From the NCBI RefSeq assembly GCF_001194135.2, contig NC_068986.1, positions 5,544,042-5,608,041 of the forward strand: 64,000 nt of DNA, written 5' to 3'. Made by a program: the position numbers and the translations under genes. Below the pieces are notes generated by a model. It ran no database searches, had not been told where the DNA came from, and worked only from the letters and a program-made list of their open reading frames with translations. How positions within the stretch are numbered: position 1 is the stretch's first letter; each line of letters begins with the position of its first letter. Positions 13,401 to 22,900 of the stretch are shown here, piece by piece. The DNA comes from Octopus bimaculoides (Eukaryota).

Positions 13401-16400
13401 TTTCATCATGGTATCATCATTGTCATCATCATTTAGCATTCGCTTTCCATGCTGACATGGGCTAGAAGATACAGTTCTATATTTAAGAGATGAGGAATTA
13501 TGTACATTATTTACACTATTTACATTCGACGGATATTTGTCATCTTGTTTGTTGTTAATACAACGTTTCGGCTGATATACCCTCCAGCCTTCATCAGGTG
13601 TCTTGGGGAAATTTCGAACCTGGGTTCTCATTCCTAAAGTAATTTTTGATGATGGTGTTGTTGTTATTATTATTATTATTGCTATGATTACTGTTAGTGT
13701 TCAGGTCACTGCTTGGAATCGAACTTGGAATCTTGGGGTTAGTAGCCCGGTCTCTTAATCCACGGGCATATGGCATAGTGGTTAAGAGAGCAGGCTACTA
13801 ACCCTAAGATTCCGAGTTTGATTCCAAGCAGTGACCTGAACACTAACAGTAATAATAATAATAATAACATTGAAAAATACCTTAGGAATGAGAACCCAGG
13901 TTCGAAATTTCCCCAAGACACCTGAATGAAGGCTGGAGGGTATATCAGCCGAAACGTTGTGTTAACAGCAAACAAGATGAGGACAAATATCCATCAAATG
14001 TAAATAATGGGCTAGATGGTTTGACATTAGCCAGCAAGTTACAAGACAATGTCAAGCTCTAATGTCTGTTTTGGCACAGTTTCTACAACTGGAAACCCGT
14101 TTATAACACCAGTCTGAATTAATAAAATCATTTAAAAATAATGAAAAAGAATAAAAGCTTACCCAGTTACAGCAAGGTTCATTGCCAACTTTGGCAGATA
14201 TAGACTGAAAAATATCCTTCACATGTGGCCTATAAAGAACACAAGACAAATCATAGAAAGTCAATATATTTTGAAAATTACACACTAGATTTAAAGAAAA
14301 ACATTTCATAGCAAATATTTAAGGAAGTTCATTATTTACATTTGACGGATATTTGTCCTCATCTTGTTTGTTGTTAACACAACGTTTCAGTTGATATACC
14401 CTCCAGCCTTCAACAGGTATCTTGGGGAAATTTCGAACCTGGGTTCTAATTCCTAAGGTATTTTTTCCATGTTATTATTATTATTATTATTATTCAGGTC
14501 ACTGCTTGGAATTGAACTTGGAATCTTGGGATTAGTAGCCCACACTCTTAACCACTATGCCATATGCCCATAGGGAATTATGGAGTGAATTTTAGGGCTT
14601 ATAAATCTAATATTTTTGTATCCTTCCTTAATACCAGTTCCCATATGCTGCTCATATCTGCACTTGGTCTGCTAAGGAGGTTGTTGTGTCCTAGAATATA
14701 TGCTGCTTCGTTTAGTTTTCATATTTCCCAGTGGTGTTCTCTGTCTTATTTTAACTTCATCCACAGCGGGAGGTGGTCTCCATTTTTCTATACATGATCA
14801 GCTATACCCGATTTATCAATATCTCATGTCACAGCTTTGTGATGTTCATCTACCCTTATTTTGAGGGGTGGCATATTTTGCCTTTGTATAACCTACCACA
14901 GCTACATGGGATGGAGTACATGCAGTCTTTGGTCATATTCTCTTCTATTGGTGTTGTATTACTCTTGAATACTGTCCTGATGTCATATGGGCCACATAGT
15001 AGACCGAATGCAGATATGAGCAGCATATGGGAACCGGTATTAAGGAAGGAGACAAAAATATTAGATTTATAAGCCCTAAAATTCACTCCATAATTGCCCA
15101 CGGGCATATGGCATAGTGGTTAAGAGAGGGGGCTACTAACCCCAAGATTCCAAGTTCAATTCCAAGCAGTGACCTGAACAATAATAATAATAATAATAAC
15201 AACATTGGAAAATACCTTAGGAATGACAACACAGGTTCAAAATTTCCCCAAGACACCTAATGAGGCTGGAGGGTATATCAGCCGAAACGTGTTAACAACA
15301 AACAAGATGAGGACAAATATCCATCAAATGTAAATAATGTATATAATTCCTCATCTCTTAAATATTAAGGAAGGAAGTTATTATATATGTAAAGTGATCG
15401 TTTTGAAATGATACTGAAATAAGGCTACACGAAAACTGGATAATAAACTCACCAAGCTGCAGGAGATCCACCAGGCATCATAGAGGGACCATGACGTGCA
15501 CCTTCTTCACCGCCACTAACACCAGTTCCTATGTACAAGAGACCTTGAGCTTCCAAACTTTTGCAACGACGCTAAGAAAAAGAAAAAGATACATGTATAT
15601 ATGTATGTGAAGGCACACAGCCTCGTGGTTAGGGTGTTGTGCTCATTATTGTTAGAGCATGGGTTAAATTTCAGGATCAGGTGGTGTATTGTGTTCTTGA
15701 GCAAGGCACTTCATTTTGTATTGCTCTGTGATCATGTAAAAATATGATGTGTGATACACTATGCACCTGTTCAGGCAACATCGATTAGATGGAGGGGGTG
15801 AGCTAATATACAGGACAAACATTTCATCACTATAAACAAATTATTTGTACAGGTTGTTCAGCAAGAAACTGTGGAACTGTCTTTCAAAAGACTACCACAT
15901 CTTGTACGTGCATACATACATGCACATCTACATACACAAAGGTTGTACCGAAATTAATACAAAAGTGATCATAACATTTTTTATTAACTGACAATAAGCT
16001 ATTCAAATTGTACATGTTGGCCAAGTAACTCTTCCTTTATTTAAAGATATAAAGAGTTACATTACAAGTGAGCATTTGTACCATTATTGAATACAATTAT
16101 TTAATCTTCTTTGAAAATATTCAGCTGTACATTGTTGTATCCATTTCTTCAGAGCCACTTTCATTTTGTGTTATGAAATCAGGCAAAAAGCAGAGGGTAC
16201 TAGATCTAAGTTGCATGGTGGATGGGTGATCACTGATCAGCCCAATTCACCAACTGCCTTATTTGTTGCCAAAGATATATGTGATCATGTATCGTCATGG
16301 TGAACATAGATCACTTTCAGATTCTTAGTCAGCCTCTTCCTCTTAATGGATAGTGTTAATATGCAGTTTGGTGTTTACAGTACAGCCAAGTTTCAGAAAA

Positions 16401-17940
16401 TCAAGGAGAATAATGTCTTTGTCATTCCAGAAAAACAGTCAGCATGACTTTCAGTGTCAATCACTGGCTTTTAAACTCCTCGAGCCTTGGAGAATAGGTG
16501 AGATGTTTGCCAATACATGGACTGAAAGTTTGTTTCAGGATCATAAAGATACACCCAAGTTTCATCCTCAGATCAGAAGGAAAAAAAAACAAAAGAAAAA
16601 AACATTTCTATATAAGCTTCAAATGCTTCCAGCAGATCAGAATAGACTTCTGTCCTTCTCTCCTTCAAACTGAATATCAACTGCCAAGGTACCCACTTTA
16701 TACACATTGTCAAATACCCAAACTTTTCCACCATCTTCTGTCATGCATTTGTGACCACATTCCAGCTGTGCAGCAAGCTCTAGGATTGTGACTTGTTTGT
16801 TCATGCAAATCAATTCATCTACTCACTGAAGATTCATGCCAATGATGTTTATTGATAGTCTCCCTTCAATGTTGGTTTTTTTTCCTTCTTTAAAATACAT
16901 CTCCATTCACCTTTGCACATTGCTCTTGTCAATGGTGTTACTTCCATAAAGAACATGTGACTTGGTCAGCCTGCACACATCTTTCAAGTACTCAATAAAG
17001 GTATGTTGCTTCAGCTTGGAATTTGATATATGCTTGCAATGAAGAACACAATGAAGAATTACCATAGAGGAAGTGTTACTCTATTAACACATTTAGATTG
17101 AATGACCTATATAAGTTATTAAAAACGTTATGCCCACTTCTGTATTACTATAGGTATAACCCATGTGCATGCTTGTATATATGCATGTATGTGTGTGTGC
17201 GCTATGCCCACTTTTGCATTACTATAGGTACAACCCATGTGCATGTGTGTGTGCACATGCACATGTATGTGTGTGCATGTATGTATGTAAATATATGCAC
17301 AAGTGTATGTGCGTGCATGTAAGGTAGGAAGAAATGAGGAGAGTTTTCCAAAAGTTAATAATTTTTTCATAATTAGATTTGTAAATATTATAAAACAGTT
17401 TGACTTAAAACTAAATCTAACTTACAGTTGTGTCCTGATACTCCGAGTTTCCACCATCTATAATGATATCACCTTTCTCAAGCAGAGGCACCTATGATAA
17501 CATTAAAAAAAAAAAAACATTTGTCATATATTCTTCTTGCAATGTTTCCAGACACACATTGAATACAACAATATTTTAGAAACTGGGAGTCAATGTAGAT
17601 CTACTGGTTAAAACATATTTTCTCTTGTATTTAAATTTAAAATATATTTCAGACAATGATAATTGTAATACTAACTGATCTAACATTAATATTCTTGGTG
17701 CAGGCATGACTATGTCATTAAGAAGTTCCACTTCCCAACCAAATGGTTTCAGTCCCACTGCATGGCACCTTGGAAGTATACTATAATAGCTGTGGGTCAA
17801 TCAAACTTTTGTGAGAGGATTTGGTAGATGGAAACTGGAAAAAGCACATTATATATANNNNNNNNNNNNNNNNNNNNNNNNNNNNNNNNNNNNNNNNNNN
17901 NNNNNNNNNNNNNNNNNNNNNNNNNNNNNNNNNNNNNNNN

Positions 17941-17981
<41 letters not shown>

Positions 17982-19945
17982 GTGTGTATAAGAGCAAATG
18001 AGTTTGTGTGTTTCTTCTTGTTTTGACATTGTATGTTAATTGTAAGCAAATGTCACTGTCATAGAAGTGGTGTTGTTTGTTTATGATCTGAGAAAACATG
18101 TCCAGCTGCAATGAGTATCGATCCTTTTTAGAAGTCCAGGAGAAATATTTACTTGATTTGGAAACAGGTGAGAGTTGGTGACAGGAAGAGAATCAGGCTG
18201 TAGAAAATTTGCTTCAACAAACTGAATCTGATCCATGTAAACATAAAAAAAAAAAATCATCATTTAATATTCACTTTTCCGTGGATGGAATTTATTGAGG
18301 CGGATTTTCTATGGCTGGATGCCCTTCCTTTCACCATCCTTCATTTGTTTCCAAGCAAAGTAACATTCCCCCAAGATCAGACATGTTTTTGATGGAAGAC
18401 TAGAAACAAACAGTATTGCTTAAATGACAACGACACTCATTTACACTTCTCATGTGATGTCAAGACAAGAGTACACACACAAACACAAGACAGGCTTCTT
18501 CCAGTTTTCATCTACCAAATTCACTCACATGGCTTTGGTGAGCCCAGGGCTATTATAGAAGACTCTTGCCTGAGGTGCCAAGCAGTGGAACTAAACCCAA
18601 GACCATAGGGTTGGAAAGCAAACTTCTTATTTACACAGCCATACCTGCACCTGTGGATATGAAAATGATGATGATGAAGGTTCTAGCAATTTTGATATAT
18701 TAGTGCAGCCATCTGGCTCGCCAGTCCTCAGTCAAACTGTCCAACCTATGCCAGCATGGAAAGTGGACATTAAACGATAATGATGATGATGATATATTCT
18801 TTCATAACAACCATAAAGATCCTATCATGAAAATTCTTCTTAAACTGATATTTCTATTTTTATTCTGCAGTAATAGTTTCTTTGAATATATATTCATCTA
18901 CTACAAGTAATTAAGAAATTTCATCAAGAGGGTACGTGTTTGTATGAAACATCTTCTCCCTATTATACAATATCTGATTGCATTTAACACACAATCAAAA
19001 CTGAATTTAATAATTTGCTAAATAAAGACATTTTTAAAGCAATTTTCAAATTCTTAATTATTCGTTACATTATTTAAAATGAACTTAAAGATTGCAGTTA
19101 ATATACAATGAAAAAACATTATGAACCAATAAAGGAACAAAATTACTGAATCAGTAGAGCAAAGATTAGCTCTATGATAACAGGACCTTGTAGTAAGAAC
19201 TTTTTTCTAACAAATTGTCAACACACAATTATTATAAATGTTTAACCAGTAAAGATAAAATTTAATTGAAATTAATAAAAATTTAATTAAGAGTAACAAA
19301 GTTATGATACACTGATTGAAAACTTACTAATTTATCAATAAAATCATCAACAGCTTGGCCTGCTTTCACCAACATCATAACTCGGCGAGGTTTCTTTAAT
19401 TTGGACACCATATCTTCAAGTGAAGTTGCACCAATGACTTTAGTACCTTTTGCTTCATTTTCCAAAAAATTAGTAACCTTTGATACAGTTCTGTTAAAAG
19501 CACACACCTAGTATAATAAAAGAAAAGCATAAAATATTTGGTTAATAAAAAAACTCAAATCTATAGCTATATTTCCCTTACTGAGGCGCTTCCATACCAG
19601 CATGGACAATAGACATTAAGTGATGACAATTAATATCAACTATTCTTCTCATTACTTCCAAGAATTTCAATAAACATTTACAAACAGTTTCTAGTTCATT
19701 GTTGGAAATATAAGAATTTTTACTATCATGATTTTAGCCCTTTCCCATCTGCTATACTTGCAAAGACTATACAGTTCTATATTTAAGAGATGAGGAATTA
19801 TGTACATTATTTACATTTGATGGATATTTGTCCTCATCTTGTTTGTTGTTAACACAACGTTTCGGCTGATATACTCTCCAGCCTTCATCAGGTGTCTTGG
19901 GGAAATTTCGATCCCGGGTTCTTATTCCTAAGGTATTTTTCGATA

Positions 19946-19987
<42 letters not shown>

Positions 19988-22900
19988 TCACTGCCCAGAA
20001 TGGAACTCGGAATCTTAACCACTATGCCATATAATATAATATAATACAATATAAATTATAATAATAATAACATTGAAAAATACCCTAGAAATGAGAACCC
20101 AGGTTCAAAATTTTCCCAAGATACCTGATGAAGGCTGGAGGGTATATCAGCCGAAACGTGTTAACAACAAACAAGATGAGGACAAATATCCATCAAATGT
20201 AAATAATGTAGCAAAGACTATTTTCATTTTATTTATTTTTTAGATTTGATACTCTTATTGCTAAATGATTCTACTTAGGCCTGTAAGAACCACTCCTCAG
20301 AACATCCATTAGAGAATTCATTCCTGAAAATCAAAGTAATTCCAATTGAGTTCCTTTTCCTTTATATATGATGTTGTATTAAATTTCTGCTACTCATAGG
20401 CTATCTCAATGAAAAAGCCAGCTACCTGATTATCTTCAATTAATAAACTCTTTAGTTTTTAAACTGGCCATATCCAATCCAAATATTCTACTTGTTTTAT
20501 CTTCAAACTGATCATATCTGGCCTCTCACACCTAACCTACAATGTACTTCACTTACCACTGCATACTGTTTTATTCACTAGTGTCTTGTAAAAAATAGCC
20601 AGAAGGAAGGCAATATGAAACCATCTTTATAGCTTCCAGGAAAATCCATAAGTAGAGTACTTGGAATGGAAGTCACAAGGTTGTCATTTGTTGATCCAAT
20701 GGCACAAGGAAGGTTGTGTGCATGTGTGTGTACAAGTGCACGATTCACGCACACATGCATTGTTGACATTGCAAGAATTTAGAAACATCAAGAACACAAA
20801 ATAATTTCTTTTTTTGAAATGGTAAATCTTGAAGCAGAGAAAGCTATAAACAAGAGCATGCTAATACTGGATTAAAAAACTCTTTTGATAAAAAGAGTCA
20901 AAGGCTGCCAGTGAGATGCAAACCCATGTCTCCTGTAAACGTGTCAGGTATTTTTATTCCCATCAAAAAACCCTTAGCCCTTCAGCATTCACATTACTGT
21001 GTCAAATGTAATGCTTATTTATTCTCATTGTTTTCAACTAATCATTTATCATCCTGTAATGTTGAGATTTCAATGATGTGATTGCATATTTTCAAAATGA
21101 CTTTGTAGGGTAAGTGTGAGAGGTGGGATCTGGTTAGTTTGAACATAAACCAGGTAGAATATTTGGGCTGGATATGACCAAATTAAAACATCTCTGTTCT
21201 TGACACTACTCCTACTGCTCTCATCCCTCATCATTGTTTAACATCCATCTTCTATGTATGCATGGGTAAGATAGTTGACAGGAGACAGCCCAATAGAAAA
21301 CTACCCTAGGCTATTGTGTCTGCTTTGGCAGGGTTTTTACAGCTGGATGCCCTTCCTAACACCAACCACCCTGCAGATGCTTTATTAAACTATTGCCAGT
21401 ACCGCTGGACTGGCTCCTGTGCAGGTGGCACGTAAAATACACCATTTCGAGCATGGCCGTTGCCAGTACCTCCTGACTGGCCTTCATGCCGGTGGCACGT
21501 AAAAGCACCCACTACACTCTCAGAGTGGTTGGCGTTAGGAAAGGCATCCAGCTGTAGAAACTCTGCCAAATCAGATTGGAGCCTGGTGTAGCCATCCTCA
21601 GTCAAATCGTCCAACCCATGCTAGCATGGAAAGCGGACGTTAAACGATGATGATGACTTCTTCAACAGAACAGAAATCCTGAAACCAACTCCCTACCTAC
21701 CAACATGCAAACTTAAGACGTCTTAACACCACCCACTTACATAAACACCAACCCATCCTCAGCTAAAAAAGAAAAAAAAAATTGTATAAGTGTTTTTAAA
21801 CAATTGTCTTAAGATTTTCAGGGTAATGAAACATTCTTTGATAAAATTCATGCAATTTATTCAAAAAACTGGATATTCAGTAGATCTAGTGAAAATATAC
21901 TCACCACATAGCCATTATCATTCATGTTAAGAATAAGGTTTTGACCCATCACGGCTAGGCCAATCAAAGCAATGTCTGCTCTGTAAAATGAATTAAATAT
22001 ATATTAAAATTATAAGATTAAAATCATATTTCAGATTTCTTTTTTTTTTTTTCATTTGACTAGCTAGGCTTATGAAAAAAAAAATATTTATATTTGACAT
22101 AATCATTTATTATATACAAATCATTGAAAGACTAAAACCCAGTTATTCCACCTGATAAAAAGGAAAACAGTAGCCAAATCTCTCTCACATCATGCCTGCC
22201 ATCTTAAAAGGAAAGGGCACATTGACCAATCATCATCATTTAACATCCATTTTCTCTGCAGGAGTTAGATGGCTTGACAGGAACTGGCAAGGCTGGAGAG
22301 CTGCTTCAGGTTCCAGTTGTCTGTTTGGACTTGGCTTCTATGGCTGGATGCCCTTCCTAATGCCAACCACTTTATAGAGTGTACTGGGTGCCTTCTACGT
22401 GTCACCGGCACTGGTGCCTTCCATATGTCACTGGCACAAGTGCCTTCCACGTGTCACTGGCACAAGTGCATTCCACGTGTCGCCAGCACCTGCCATGTGT
22501 TACCGGCACGGGTTTCCATTTACCTGTCACCGGCACGGGTGCCATTTACCTGTCACCAGCACGGGTGCCATTTACCTGTCACCAGCACGGGTGCCATTTA
22601 CCTGTCACCAGCATGAGTACCTTTCACATGTCAACAGCACGAGTTCCTTTCACATGTCAACAGCACGAGTTCCTTTATTATTAAATTGACTAAAGTAATA
22701 CTAGATACAATTTGTTTGAAAAATATAAAAAATTATCATCATGGTTGAATTGCCTTTGAGCCATAGGTCTGTTTACCAAGAAATAATTCTTTTTTGGAAT
22801 GGTGAATATTGAAGCAAATAAAGCTATAAACAATAGCATGTCGATATTGGGTTAAAAAAAATCTTTTGATAAAAGGCTGCCCCTGGGATGCAAACCTACA

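Larger units (their letters stand above)
13467..14006. mobile_element. Fold-back Penelope-like (PLE) non-autonomous insertion 1, in PGD intron 6
   Basis: Inverted arms ~13471-13758 and 13761-14006; 10-bp TSD ATGGGCTAGA at 13457-13466 and 14007-14016; two hammerhead motifs; tRNA-like head. Confidence 0.85.
14330..15370 (-). mobile_element. Penelope-like element 3' fragment with decayed GIY-YIG endonuclease and inverted pseudo-LTR (insertion 2, PGD intron 5)
   Basis: Minus-strand frames read FKSNTT...[15 protein letters not shown]...LKIRVDEH...KSGIADHV...W..V...E...KL.EAAYI...SSIWE, with stops and frameshifts. Inverted arms 14330-14672 and 14998-15365. Candidate TSD AAGGAAGTT at 14321-14329 and 15371-15379. 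Confidence 0.85.
19771..20210. mobile_element. Fold-back Penelope-like non-autonomous insertion 3, in PGD intron 2
   Basis: Same arms as insertions 1 and 2, inverted around an (ATA)n centre; 11-bp TSD GCAAAGACTAT at 19760-19770 and 20211-20221. Confidence 0.85.

Noticed and set aside
13467-15370. Repeat-spacer appearance suggesting CRISPR or a tRNA gene cluster
   Set aside because: Eukaryotic intron context; the repeats are long inverted arms, and the tRNA-like heads lack a complete cloverleaf.
22317-22689. Three overlapping repetitive ORFs of ~100 aa
   Set aside because: Translation of the 26-bp minisatellite.
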